64,000 nt of DNA from Bilabrum cf. latius (lineage: Eukaryota). The notes below the pieces were generated by a model. The model was not told where the DNA came from, did not search any database, and worked only from the letters and a program-made list of their open reading frames with translations. The stretch's first letter is position 1. Each line of letters begins with the position of its first letter. This document shows positions 36,993 through 49,767 of this stretch, one piece after another. The stretch is taken from positions 806,001 through 870,000 of the forward strand of contig OZ237762.1 of the NCBI GenBank assembly GCA_965178125.1, written 5' to 3'. A program made the translations under genes and the position numbers.

Positions 36993-39878
36993 TCACTTAG
37001 CTCGATTCACCACGGTCCTCGTCCCGGAACGCGCGTTACGCCAAAGCGATGCTCATCCCCCAACACGAAGGTGGTATTCGCAAGCAGCCCACCACCGTCG
37101 AAGTCGTTCGTAAACTGCCTGCCCTACGATTCCGGCGGGTACTCGTTGCTTGAGGAGCGCAACTGTGCGATGTAGCTTCCTGGCCACAGCCCGTAGTACC
37201 GAAGCCGCTCGTCATGGAAGGCCAGATCATGGTACCATGCGGTCGCGTTCACACTCACTTCTTTCCCAGGCGCCACCGGTCCAGACTTGTTGAACGCCAC
37301 CAGGTGGGAAAATGGCCTCGCGACGGGAATGCTGCCATCCATTGGGTCGATGGCGTATACCTGCATCACGAATCGACCCGTTCGCTGTCCCTCGTTCCGG
37401 ACGACTGCTCCGAAGGAAACCTCGGGAGGGCCGCCGGGCTCCAGTGTTACCACGTTTGCGTGGAAATCTTTTACGGAGAAGTTGGTGTAGCTTAGTCCGT
37501 GACCCAACGGAAACAGGGGACTAGAAAGCATTTGCTTCGGACCAGAAGTAGGCCAGTACGGGCGCGACTTACGATAGATCGGAGCGCTCGGATCAACGAA
37601 GTCAGCAGACACGAGCATGCCAGCATTCGCACCCCCTGAACCTACCATCCCCACGGATCGCGGCCACTGGGACGAGAGGCGCCCGGATGCGTCCACGCTG
37701 CCGACCAGAATGTCGGCAAGTGCCTCGCCGCCCAGCGAGCCAGGGCGGCCCGCGTACACAACGGCGTCGAATGCATCGAGCACCTCGTTTCGATTCGATG
37801 CCCCGAAAGTCATCGGTCTGCCTCCCACGATCACTAGAACCAGCGTCGAGTTTTCCCCGGCTCCTTCTGAGTTGCGCGTGTGCGCGGCCTGAGCCACTGC
37901 CTCGAGCAGCTGCAGCTAGAGCCCCGGAGGATCAAGGTCCTGCACGTCCCCGCCTTCGCTGCAGGACGCAGTGTAGGCACCCAGGTCACCAATGAATATG
38001 ATGGAGACACGCGACCGGCGCGCTGCCGCCTGGGCCGCGGGGATCATCGAATCGTTCCACGCGTTCGGGCACTTGGGACTGCCAGCGTGCCAAGACCTGC
38101 AGACCGCCACGTCCATCCACAGCGGGTCCGGAGAGTGCACGCCAGGCACGTGCTGGACGACTGCCGCTTGTATTCCCGACACATCGAACGCATCAGCCCA
38201 TCCCACGCCCCCGCACCGCTGCGTGCTATCTCCAAAGCACGTGGTCGCGCATTCACCCAACCCCTCGGCAGCAGGCATGTGCTCGCTGCACAGGCACTCC
38301 GAGCCGTTCGAGGCTCCGGCGTACCGATATTGGCCTGCTTTGCCTGCGGCCATGCACAGACCCACGCACTTGTCGGGAGTTGCATCAACAAAGTGACCCA
38401 CCGACAGCTCGAACGACGCGGCAGCACGGCACCCCAATGCCACCGTAGCATTGGCTGTTGACCGGGTGCGAAGCTTGATTCGAAGAGCACTGGTAGCAGT
38501 GGGCATCAGCATGTGCAGCGGTCCAGACTGGTAGCTCGGGTTACCTAGCATTGCCTACCGAGCAGCACATGAACTAGATCCATCCTTGAAGCCTTCCGGC
38601 ACGGGGTCCATGATCCAAGGGGAAGGCCCGCAGTCAGCGAACGGACCGATGGTGCTCACAACCGCACCCTACTGCGCGAGAGATTCGGCATCAAGAGGCA
38701 GCGCCCCACCTCTGTTCTGGAGTACCACAATGCCTTCAGCTGCCGCCTGGCGGGCAACGTTCCTGCTGCGGTCATCATTCAGGCTCACCGCGAGGTCCTC
38801 GGAAGTGTACGGCTGATCCAGCAGGCCCGCCCTGATCTTGAGCTTGAGAGCGCGAAGCACGGACCGATCCACGTCTTGCTCGTCGATCTGCCCCTCCTGC
38901 AGCGCCTCCAGTAAGCTGCTCCGCGTGAATACGCGGTGGTTTACATCCACGCAATTGGCCCTCATGGTGCGGCCAATGGCCTGGGTTGCATTACGAGCGA
39001 CCCGAAACAGGACCAGGTTGTGCACGTCCCCGCCGTCGCTGATCGCCATGCCATCCCCGAAGCCCAGCTCTACTCGTAACGAATCGTTGCAGTGCCAGGC
39101 ACTTGAATGGGCTGGCACCCCATCGATGGCAGGGTGGTTGAGCATAACCGCAGCACCACCAGAGTGAGCGAAGGCGCGCCATGGCCGATACCACAACTCT
39201 AAGAGCTCGCGCGGCGATGCTTGTACGTTCCCAGCATTCTGTCCACCCGCCGCATCAGCGTACCCGCCGAAGTGCTTAGCTAGAGCCACGATGCTTGTAG
39301 TGAAGTTACCAAGATAGCGGTCGGCACCGGCAGGGCCAACAGTTCCCTGAGCTCCAGCAGTCGCAGCAGCTACAAATGAAGATGCTAAGGCAGGGTCCGA
39401 AGCGAATCCCTCTGGGTGGCGGCCAAATCGAGCGTCTCGATACATGTTCGGAGACGGTGTCCAGCCTACTGTCACGCCGCAAGCTCTCGCATCGCGTGCG
39501 ATGATCGAAAACACTTCTTTAACCAGGTCTGCATTCCAAGTCTGCCCCATTGAAACCCCCATTGGCATCACAACCCCCGCTGGACAGCCCTAATGCAGCG
39601 ATTCGTGATTGAAAGCTACCGGAATCCCTAGCCTACTCTCATTCGAAAGCAGCCATTCTCTTTGAATGCTATTCGACAGCGAAGCATTGTTCATGTCATA
39701 TAAGCTCACGAATGCTCTCGGAAGGGAGTCCGATGGTAATCCTATTTCTCGTAGTTTCTCGGAGACCGTCATTCGGCTTCTGCACGGGGAGTCGGGCGTC
39801 CTGGTAAGGTGCTCCAAGTGCATGAGCAATGACCAATACGCATGACAGAGTCGTAGAGTGCCAGCCTATTTCATGCAT
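36993..39878 (-). CDS. GH3 beta-glucosidase/xylosidase with inserted WSC domain and Fn3-like C-terminus; apparent frameshift near 39779
   Basis: 'SRLGIPV..HESLH', 'TWNADLV', 'RDARFGRHPEGFASDP', 'LAKHFGGY', nucleophile region 'ISDGGD', 'AAEGIVVLQN', 'GGEALADILVG..SGRL', 'PLFPLGHGLSYTNF'. 5 TAGs; ends TGA. Confidence 0.88.
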
Positions 39879-39995
39879 AGTACTAAATCTAGCAAAGTGT
39901 GTAGCCGTTGACGAACTTCTACGACTCGGAACTTCAAGTTCTGACTTCAAGTTGATGATGAACGTATTCCCTCTGCTGGCCAGATCATACTTGCG

Positions 39996-41306
39996 ATGAG
40001 TGCACTCTCAGACATGAATGCTACGGAAGATACATACGGCACAAAATACTCCCGCGTTGGCGAGTCCTTGACCGCAACAGCCCAAGCAACCTCATCAGGC
40101 TGCTTGGGAGTGCAACTTGAGTGCACGAGATGCTGTGTTGTGTCTGCCAGCGGGGTCGTTGCGGCTACTCTAGTTATTGGCATTGTCGCAGGTGTTCTCG
40201 TTAGTCGATCGAATAAGCAAAACGGTTCTCATTCCGACGACAGCCGCGATTTTAAGGTAGAGCTGCCACTTGTGACAAATACGTGGCCGTGGAAAGAAGC
40301 TACAGCAGCCGGCCATGCCGTCGTGTATATGCAATCGCCATCTGACAACGCTACCGAGCGTACTCTGCGGAGGCTCGATGGATTGGTTGCGTGCTTGTAG
40401 AGTTGCGAGGATCGCATGTGCGACCACACTGTTGGCAAGGACGGCTCGCCCGATTCAACTGGTGCAGTCAGCCTCGATGCCATGGTTTTTGACGGTCCCA
40501 CATGGGACTCTGGTGGGGTGGCGTATTTGCAGCACTCCGACCACGCGGCGGCAGTCGCGAGAGATGTTATGGTGTACACGAGCGAGAGCATTCTGTCTGG
40601 GGGCGGTGCGGATCGTTTTGCCGCGCTCATGGGCTACCCGCGGCGAAATCTGACGGGGTAGTGGGCGAGACAGGCCCACACACAATGGTTGGATGGCGGA
40701 TGCTAGCCCAACTTTTGGCGAAACGTGGGAGCAAGCGCGGGGGGGTGCGGTCCGTATACCCCTGAGCCCGGCGCACTGCCAGGGGGCGACTACCGGCTGC
40801 CAGCGAGCGCCCAAGAGGTGGACGCGATGGGAAGTCCCAAGGGGTCCGCCGGGGTACCCATCAGTAGGATTCGAGACACGATATCGGCCGTGGTCGTAGA
40901 TGAACAGGGCGACATCAGCGTGGGAACCTCGTCGAACGGGGCCAGGAATAAGATTGCGGGCAGGGTGGGCGATGCACCCATCGCGGGCGCTGGCGCCTAC
41001 GTCGACAACGATGTGGGGGCAGCTGTTGCAACGGGGGATGGAGACGTCATGATGCGTTTCTCACCGGCTGCCCTAGCGGTGGAAAAGATGAGAGCAGGTG
41101 CCAGCGCGACGGCCGCCTGCTCGGAGGCTTTGGGCCGGATCGGCTCCGTGTTCCCGTCATTCACCGGCGGCATGGTGTGCTACAACAAGGCCAGGCAAAC
41201 TGTTGGCGGTGCGTCGTTCGGGTGGGGATTTACGTTTGCCTACCAGGGCGGCAACGAGACAGCCCAAGTAGCGACACCACCCCGCGTGGACAAAACCTAG
41301 CCATAA
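39996..41306 (+). CDS. AGA: Glycosylasparaginase (aspartylglucosaminidase, Ntn-hydrolase) with N-terminal TM anchor
   Basis: 'LPLVTNTWPW', 'CEDRMCDHTVGKDGSPD..LDAMVFDG', 'C*PNFWRNV', autocleavage site 'DTI', 'GTSSNGARNKIAGRVGDAPIAGAGAY', 'ATGDGDVMMRF'. TAGs at 40398, 40659, 40704 and 41298; ends TAA. Confidence 0.93.
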
Positions 41307-41514
41307 AGCCAACGTAGCGGCGCTCCTGGCCCTGGGTGCACTGCGAATGCGTGTGCGTGTCAAGTTTGGTGCAGTTTCTCTCAAGTTTTCCAATCAGTCT
41401 AGGTGTACCCTGTTGATTCTGCTGTTCCATCCACATCCAATCAACGCGCCCACTGCCCGGAACCATCGGGCTGCTCCACCCCGTAGGCGGGCCACCAATG
41501 GCTGCACAGCGCGC

Positions 41515-43866
41515 TCACAACGGCAAGCGTGCCGGTCGCTAGCCGCCGGATGCACGGAGGAGACCTAGGGCATCGCGAAACGAAGCCTGCTTCTACCGCT
41601 GCAACGAAAGCCCTACTAATCGTGTAGCAGCAGACTGCGCCACCTGCCTGGTCGCTCGGATCGCAGCTGCTGCGGCTACCCGCGAGGCAGCTCCGACAGC
41701 TCCCAGGCGAGCGTGTCTAGCGGTGGGACCGGCTTGCACTGCGGCAGCAGCTGCAACCCCTTCGGCTAGGGGTGATACGTCGATGCCAGCTTGTTTCCCA
41801 GCGCGGCCGTCTGCTTGCGAGTCGTGTCTCGTCTACACTAGGACTTGCATGGCTCGCTTGCGCGCCTCACTCACCGCTGCTGCACTAAGCGCGCCCCAAC
41901 TCTCCTCCATCTCTATTCTCACTGTGGCGGATCCGGTGCCCAGATCACCTGCACTGCTGTGTGGCACAGGTCCATTCGACTGCCTGTCACGCGCCCCTGC
42001 CTTAAAAGCAGCGACAGCGTTAGCTGCCACCGATTCGCACATTTGCACAGCACGAGGGTCCAGAACAATGTCGTCCACACTCACAATTGTCGAGACAGCT
42101 AGCACAAGCCCGGCAGTGCGAGGAGCGCGGAGCAAAAATGACTCTCGCAGATCTCTGGCGAACCGGGCGCCCTCCAGCGCATCCAGCCCAGAGCCACGGT
42201 CGCCAGCAATTGGCCCGTGATCAGGGGCTGCGGTTCCAGATGCGGACTGGCTGCACTCAGCACGGAGCTCGTATCCCAAGCCTTCGACGTCCTCCGAGCC
42301 GCGGGGAATCAGTGTGGGGGCGATCTTGCGCTTGCTCGGAGAGTCCGCAGGCCCTGCTCCTCTGGACTGCTGCTGGCTCGGATGCACAAACGAGCTTGGT
42401 GCCGCACCTTGAGCGGGATCTGCCTCGCGAAGCAAATCATTACCTGGATCAGCTTCCTGCCCGAAAGCACTGGGGGGCGCCGAGCTGCTCTTGCTGCGCG
42501 ACGGCGCAAGCAGCGCCTCGCAGGCTTGGCTAAGCTCCACAGCGACCTGGTCTTGGTGGGGGTCAGCTACGCGTGGGAAATGCCTGCCTACTCGCTCCGC
42601 GCAGAGCGGACCACTTCGTACTGACCCAGGTATCGCAGATTCTCTAATAATATCGGCGGCTACTGCCAGCAGGGTTTTCCCGCGGCGTAGCTCAAGCGCC
42701 CCGACATGACGTGCGGCAGAAGGACTGCTGGCACGAAGCTAGGGTGGGGCGCCTGCCTGGCGTTGATCCCCATGGCTTGCACTAGCCTACTCTCGTGTTA
42801 CAAGCGCGATAGCGTCTTCTAATGCGAGAGCGTCTTCCACCACCGCATGCACGAGCTCCCTGCGCGCATTCTCGGCGCCGGTACTGTCGGCACCTGCGGC
42901 GCCTGCACCCGCAGCAGCTGGAGGCTCTGCACGGCCACGATCCAATTGCAGTCTAAGAGAGCTCATATGCGCGCGTATCGTAGAAGTTCCATTCCCTATC
43001 ACGCCCAGGAATTCGGCGATCCCTTTGCAGAGCTCAACAGCACCAGCCAGCGAGCCCAGCGGGGGCAGATGCACCTGCAGATGGGTGCGGGGGGCAGATG
43101 ACCCCACGGTACGTCTGCCGTCTGAAGCCGGTTGCACGCACATAAGCATCGCACTAATACTGGCATCGTATATGCTATGAATAAGAGAAGCGCTATCGCT
43201 TGCTCGTAGTGCCTTTCCCAGAGCATCACATGTAAACAGCGAAGCTAGCCGGCCGTCAACCCGAGCCCGAACCGAGACCAGCCTGCCTGCAGACTCCCGA
43301 GGCGCAGGTCGGGTGCTGGCAACTTCGCCCAAAGAGCCAACACGCAGCAATGCGATTTCTCGAACGATTACACCTGCTACCCACTTGGCGTTGTCGGGGT
43401 TAGCGTGCTCGCGAAGCTTCTTGCCAAGCTCGTTCTGCAATGGCAATTGATCCCTGGAAGATTCCAGGGCGATGGCACGGTAATGCTTGATAAATGAAGA
43501 AACGGATCGCCACGCTTTGTACCTATTTTCGTAGGCAGGCCGGCGTTCAGCTTCGCTGTGCGTGTGCCGACTGTCAGCAACCGGATCGAAGGGAATACCC
43601 CCGGCCGATCCTAGCACAGATGCCGCCCAGTAGCGAGAAAAATCGTCTTCTTCTAGTGATGTTGCGGATGTGCCGCTTGAAACCGTCTTGCTTCCCAATT
43701 GTTCAAGCGCAAACTCTACCACGCCAAGGACAAGCTAGGAAGTCTCAGCTGAGAGCTTGAGCGACTTCAATGAATGTAATAGATCCTTCTTAGCTGACCG
43801 TTTTTCTTTCGCGGCAAACTCTCTGCATTGATAGGCGATCTAGCTTCCTATTCGGCTAGGCAACAT
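41515..43866 (-). CDS. Hypothetical Ala-rich protein
   Basis: ORFs 42787-43722 and 41833-42540 share a frame that stays open (~7 TAGs, no TAA/TGA) from ATG 43866 to TGA 41515. The 5' end may include upstream exons. Confidence 0.6.
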
Positions 43867-44258
43867 CCGCTAGCCTGTTCAAAAATCACGGGGGGACGCT
43901 TGGCAACTGCAAACAAGCAGCGCAACGACTGCAAACGCACTCATATGTGTTTAATACGAGCTCCAGGCCTGAGGCTGCACAAGAGCGTGGGGAGAGAAGG
44001 TCTGCAGATCCAGTGCCACTGCAAGAACCAGCGGGCCGGGCACAGGCTGTCTTCATCATGATCCCGTGATGGCATCTTCAAGTTGTCATTTTCAACACGG
44101 AGTGGCTGCCAGGGCGGCGGTCTATCTCTTAACTTCATCTCCTTCAAAACAGGCGGGTTCAGCCCAAAGCCAGATAGACCTAGTGGTGGCAACAGCTTCC
44201 GGTCGGGAGATACTTCAAGTCACTGAAACGCAACTCTTCCGCCGCAGGCAACTCGTGA

Positions 44259-45445
44259 TCACTTCCGGTACGTTGTTCCGAAGAACGACGAGTAGGCTTG
44301 GTTAATTTGCTCGAGCGTGAGCAAGATGATCATCGCGTGGGGGGCGCACCGCAGGTAGTACGCTGACAGCCCCCTCCACAGGGCGAGAGGCCCCTCCTGA
44401 GTCACCACCTTCGTGGCGCAGTCCACCACCCCGCTGTACGGGAACTTGCCCGCGGCATCAGGTCTCATGTTCTGCAGGCGAGTCTTGATCAGGTCGAATG
44501 GCAGCGAGAACACTGCGCACGTTACCCCGGCGGCAGCGCTGCTCATGAGCTGCGTGCTGAAGTTGTCCCCGTTCACAGCCGTGATCATTTCACGGAACTG
44601 ATCGTAGGACGCCATCATCCCCACGTTCATGGCCATGGCGCGCAGGATGGTGGGCTCGCACCCCCGCCAAAGCCGGAAGAGCCCCTCCTCGCGGGTGATG
44701 CGCATTAGGGCGTCAAACACGTTCGAGTACCCCCTTCGCTCAGCTGCGGGTCGCATGCCGTCCGCCTGCATGCGCACCAAAGACACGTCAAACGGGTTTC
44801 CAATGAACGACGCGATGGCACCGCTGGTCATGGAGCTGGCAACCTTCAGGTGCACGGGCAGCGCATCCACCTTCTGCCAATCCTTGAGGAAATTGGAGAA
44901 TTCCCGATGCAAACCGATACGTGCCGTTCCATACACAGCCTGACGCATCAAAGCAGCGCTCAGTCCGGCGTACAGAGCCTGGACTCCTTCCTCGCGAATC
45001 ACGGTAAGCGCAACGGTGGCCGGATTCATCTTGGGGCCCTTCCCACCTTCGCCCAGCAGCTGCATGCGCACCTTTGTCAGGTCAATGGGGTGGATCTGCG
45101 GCATATCAAAATCGGATGGGCTCAGTGTCTCGCTGGAAGTGACAACAGGGATCAGCATGTCGGGCATCACGAGGCAGCTGATCGCAACTGGGGCGTAATC
45201 ACATGTCGCGCTTGCGAGCTCACGCAAGATGATGCAAACATGGCAGCACTTCCTCCGCATACGTACGGTTGGATGGCCTGAGCTACTGATGATCCTGCGA
45301 ATAGAGTGGCTCAAAGATACGTCTCCCTGAGGCAAGTCGCAGCTGCATTAGTGCATTGGACGTAAACCGCCGGAAACTACTGGAATAATAGTGCCCAGGC
45401 AAGGATCTCACCAAATGATCCATCGGTTTTCTTGGATCCAGCCAT
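44259..45445 (-). CDS. Mitochondrial carrier, 2-oxoglutarate/malate (OGC/DIC/DTC-like)
   Basis: 'QPYVCGGSAAMFASSCIHPIDLTKVRMQL', 'LYAGLSAALMRQAVYGTARIG', 'GNPFDVSLVRMQADG..ERRGY', 'SLPFDLIKTRLQ', 'RCAPHAMI'. Introns 45295-45411 and 45096-45223; no internal TAG; ends TGA. Confidence 0.93.
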
Positions 45446-45783
45446 CCTAAACGTCCAGAGCAAACTCAGTTTGTGACGCGTCGATGAGCCATGCCCTAGG
45501 CCTAGCGAACCTTTGCCCAGGTTCGGTCGAGTTCGATTGCGTTGGCCCAAAAAACTTTTTTTGAAAAAAGTCAAGATTCGCTCGTTCGTTCATCGTTCGG
45601 ACCTGGAGCCGGCGCTATTGCTGAATCCCGTGGAAATCAAACCATACATAACGTACGACTTGCTTGCTTTTTGCAACTGATAAGCGCCCCTTTCCCTCAC
45701 CTGTCCAGCCTTCGCCCAGCTGTTGCCCCGGCCACACAGAGCTCCAGCCTACCCGCGGGCCCTTCCACAGGTTGCGCTGTAAC

Positions 45784-46761
45784 TCATAACAGACGCACCC
45801 CTCGCACCTAACCACTGAAGCGATGGGAAGGTCTTGGCAGCACCGACCACCGCACCAACACCGCCGGCAAGCAGCCGTCACATTCCACGCCACTGCCATC
45901 AGAAGTGGTAGCGGCAAGCGCAGCTCTGCTCCTGGTTCCAAGGGTGCCGGCGGAACTGGTCCGCAATGCACCTGCCTCAGTCCATATGCGCCTCTTGTGG
46001 GCCTCCTCAACCTCGACTGGCCCTGACGTGCCCCGCGCGGTGCTCTCTTTGGGCCTGGACACCCGAACCGAGGCGCACCCTGTCCGGCACAGAGTCAGGC
46101 TGTCGCTTGCCTCGCCTTGAGCGCTGCAGACAGCCCACACTCGAATATATGCGGGGTCGTGCTGCTCGGGCAGGGCACTCTCCATGGATTCAAAGCCCTC
46201 CGTACCTCGGGGCGCTGCAGGACCCGCACCCTACCTGCTCGGTGGCTTGCCCGCCGTGGCTGAGCCGTGCTGTCGAGACGCGCTGGGCGCCCCCAAGCCG
46301 GTATTTGGTGATGATGCGTGCTGTAGGGCTGAGCCCTCAATACTGGCTCGCGAATTCAAGGCTGCAGTAGCCAAAGCTGGGAGTCGGGCGATTGCCGCAG
46401 CTCGGACACCCCCGGCGCCCAGTGCCCCGAGAATCGATTTCCCTCCCACCCACATTCTCCTACCACGGTGCTCCCCTTCGACTGAAAACATTGTAGTTGA
46501 ATGCAAATATCCTTTGGTTTTGAACGTCTTGTATACGAAACCCGCAAACTCCACGGTTTTGCCTGGTTTTGCTATCAGCTTTAGCAGCTCCAAGGAAGTT
46601 GCATCGATAGTTGACTGCCAAACTATGATAGGAACTAGTTTCCCAATCGACCGGGTGCACCTGGAGACTGCAACCAGGAGCTCAACAGCCTTTCTGCTGC
46701 TCGGACCGGCTTTGGGCTGCAGGCTGGCATAGGAGACAACCACGGCCTATCCAGCAGTCAT
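45784..46761 (-). CDS. Hypothetical protein
   Basis: ORFs 46231-46743 and 45808-46185 are in one frame via TAGs; ends TGA 45784. Start and upstream exons uncertain. Confidence 0.45.
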
Positions 46762-47104
46762 TGTGTGGATTATACAAAAGTTCTTGCAGTTTGTTCGCAG
46801 TTATTTAAAACGGCATGCCAAGCGTGATAGATTGGTTCAGCACAGGCTTGTGCTTCGCGGTCGAATGCACAGAAACAGTGCTATCGGCAAGTCCAAAATG
46901 TTCCGAGTTGGAGTCCATGACCAAACAAACCCGTCATTGGCTATACTAGTAGACAAGGATTCCATGATGTGGTAAACGAACGTGTATACTCGGTTCGATA
47001 TATGCTGGCTCGTCAGCCGTATGGCGTCCTGTCGACAATCGTCTGTCCAGTCAAGTACATCTATCATGATTTCAGAAAACCCAGCTAATCTGAACACAGG
47101 CGCT

Positions 47105-47603
47105 TTACTCGCGCTCTCCGAAGTACTCTCCGCGGTTCGAGTCCCTGCTGTCCTCGCGGCTACGCGTGAGGGGTGCCCCGTCAGGTCCGCTAACGTTCGT
47201 CGCCGTGATGCCACGATCCGACTCAGTGGGCTCAAACTCAACAACCTCGCCATCGCGAAGCATTCTGAATCCATCAGCCTGGATTGCGGTGTGATGCACA
47301 AACACTGCGGACAATAAAAAGCACGGCAGCTTCGACATCACTTCAGTTCAGTACATCTCATTACCGAATCATTGCGATGGCGAATGACAAAAAACACATA
47401 CCTTCCTAGTCGACCGCTTCATCGGGGATGATAAAGCCGTACCCGCGCTTCAGGTTGTACCACTTGACTGTGCCCTTCTGTACCTTGCCGATCTCCAAAG
47501 CCATTGACGCAGCGCTTCCGTGCAGCCCGCGTGCCGCTACACTCTGCGCAGACGATCGCAAAACTTGCATGCATACTCGCTGCATTGCACCGGTACGCAT
47601 CAT
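47105..47603 (-). CDS. Cold-shock-domain protein with a mitochondrial-presequence-like N-terminus
   Basis: 'KGTVKWYNLKRGYGFIIPDEAVD*EVFVHHTAIQADGFRMLRDGEVVEF..ATNVSGPDG'. Intron 47305-47401; TAG 47406-47408 lies between RNP1 and RNP2; ends TAA. Confidence 0.9.
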
Positions 47604-47767
47604 CTTGATAAGCTGTGATAGAGTGACGCGGGGGAAAGTCCGAATTATGTTCGCAGCAAAACGTCTCGTTATAATGGCATTTCGAAGTCCGGCCAAACTG
47701 CCCTGAACAAGTTGGCAGTACTCTCCTCGTGAACCGTACCTTCCTGCTTCGTTGTCTATTTTGGCAT

Positions 47768-49656
47768 ATGGAATGTACCATTTGCACGGATGACGTGTAG
47801 AATCCCGTGGCAACCCCTTGCGGGCACGTATTCTGGTATGTGCTGTGCAACTGATGCCCGCTCCCGTCCATTTCTTTGTTCATGTCTCAGTATTTATTTG
47901 AAATGTTGCCACTCGATATGTATGCAGCAAGGGGTGCTTATTTCAATGGCTAGCAAGAAGTCAAATGTGCCCAGTGTGTCGGAAACCGGCGCAAGCTAGT
48001 CGCTGCGCGGAGATCTCCGGTGAAGCAGCGGAGTTGCTATGTGGTTCGCAGCCCAGAATTGACCAGCCCGGGTTTGTGTTTGGAGCAAGCAATGGAGGGA
48101 GTCGTCCTGGGGACTCAAGCGACGAACAAGCTTCATTAGATGTTGCTGCCAGCGATTCGTTGCTACGTTCGATTCGCCAGAACTACTCGGCTGAGGCTAA
48201 AGATGGCTCCAATAATACAATAGCAAGAGATGCTGCTGGCGATCCGACGTTGGCACCTGGCAGAAGTACAGAGTCTGGGGATGCCCGCTTGTTGCAGAGG
48301 GCCGAGCAGCGCTACTCAGAGGCTCTCTGCGATGGGGCCAAGGCTTTGCAGCTGCATTGCTCCGCATTAGACAGGGGGGTTTATGCGCCGGGACTTGGCC
48401 TCCATCTTCTTGGAGCTCGCTTGTCAGCTTTGCTCGCTCACAACGGGCGCATCTGCCGCTTGCTAGAAGTCGGGTTCTTCTCTGCCGCTGCGATAGCGTG
48501 GATCTCATGGCGAGGGCTGCAGCACGTACAATGGTGCTTGGAATCAATCGGGTGGTCTGACTCCGGAACAGAGGGGGCATAGTCCATCGGTGCATACACA
48601 GCGTGGATAGTGGGCTGGCTGCAACTGGGGGTAGTCGCCGCTGCGGCTCTGTGCCTGGCCGCGGTCTTGGGCGGTACTCCTCAACAGCAGGGATCGGCGG
48701 CCCGGTGGCACGCAGGACTACTCGTGGCAGCTGCGGAATTGCAGCCAGCCGCTGGTCTTGCAGTGGCAGACTGCATCGAGATCACCAGCCGATTTGCGAG
48801 AGGATTCGCAATCTTGCAGCGAGAGAGCGAGCCTACCGCCAGCAGATCATCCCAGCACTCCCGACAGCAGCAGGGTGGGCAGTCCGGATCCACCAGCGGC
48901 ATGCCAGGCAGAGCACCCAACAGCAAGCGGTCTGCCCTTGAACGCCGTGGTGCTGCACTTCGCACAGGAGCCTCCGTGGTGGCCTGGGTGCAAGCCAGCC
49001 AGGCGGCCTACGCTCTGTGCGGCGGGTGGCCGCTGCTCCTGACCATTGCTGGCTTCTTGGCGCCCTGGTCTATGGCCGGGTGGTCGCGAGAGGTCACTCC
49101 ACACAACGCTCCTTCGTTGGCTGTGTATGCAAAGAACTGGCAGTCGCTCCACCGTTTCCGCAAGCCGCTGCAACGAGCCTTGCGATACTTCGCACAGTCC
49201 CAGCAGGCGCAGCTAGCCGCCGCATCCGCGCTCACCGCCTCATGTGTCGCCACTGGGAGCTTGTGGCCGCTGCGGCTTGCCTTGTTCGCAGTTTACTCGT
49301 CGATCCTGTGCGACGATACCATGGCCATGCTGGTGGAGGGCCTTCGCGTGCTAGCGGGGGCACTAGGGGCCTTGCGGAGACTGGCGCGCACATTTCCAGA
49401 GCTCTCGTACGGCCGCCCGGGTGAGAACGGGCTGGATGCGCTCCGCCGTCTACTGCTGCCGCAGAGGTGGCATCCGCCCCGTCGGCCCGTGACGTAGCCT
49501 AGCGCAAGCCAGGGGAATGCGCGGCCGCGTGCGGCAGGCCTGTATGCATATGGAGGAGTTGGCGTGCTGTCGACCGGAGTGCCCGGGGAAGAGGGCGAGG
49601 ACAAGCTGTCACGGGTGGTGGGGAGGCTGATCGGGCTGAAATCTACTTCCGCCTGA
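47768..49656 (+). CDS. C3HC4 RING-finger membrane protein (putative E3 ligase)
   Basis: 'MECTICTDDV*NPVATPCGHVFCKGCLFQWLARSQMCPVCR' assembled across intron 47836-47927; hydrophobic segments downstream; 3 TAGs; TGA 49654-49656. Confidence 0.8.
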
Positions 49657-49767
49657 TATCCGTGGGCTGGAACAAGGCAGTTTACACATGGCGTGTGTTA
49701 CAGAGAACCTGCCGTGTCTCCCAACAAGTAGACTCAAGTAGACTCAACATTGACTGTTCTAGAATGA

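Noticed and set aside
29172-41306. Arp2, GH3, AGA and others as pseudogenes with premature stops
   Set aside because: All internal stops are TAG, several at conserved Gln positions, and catalytic motifs are intact. Decay would also give TAA/TGA and frameshifts.
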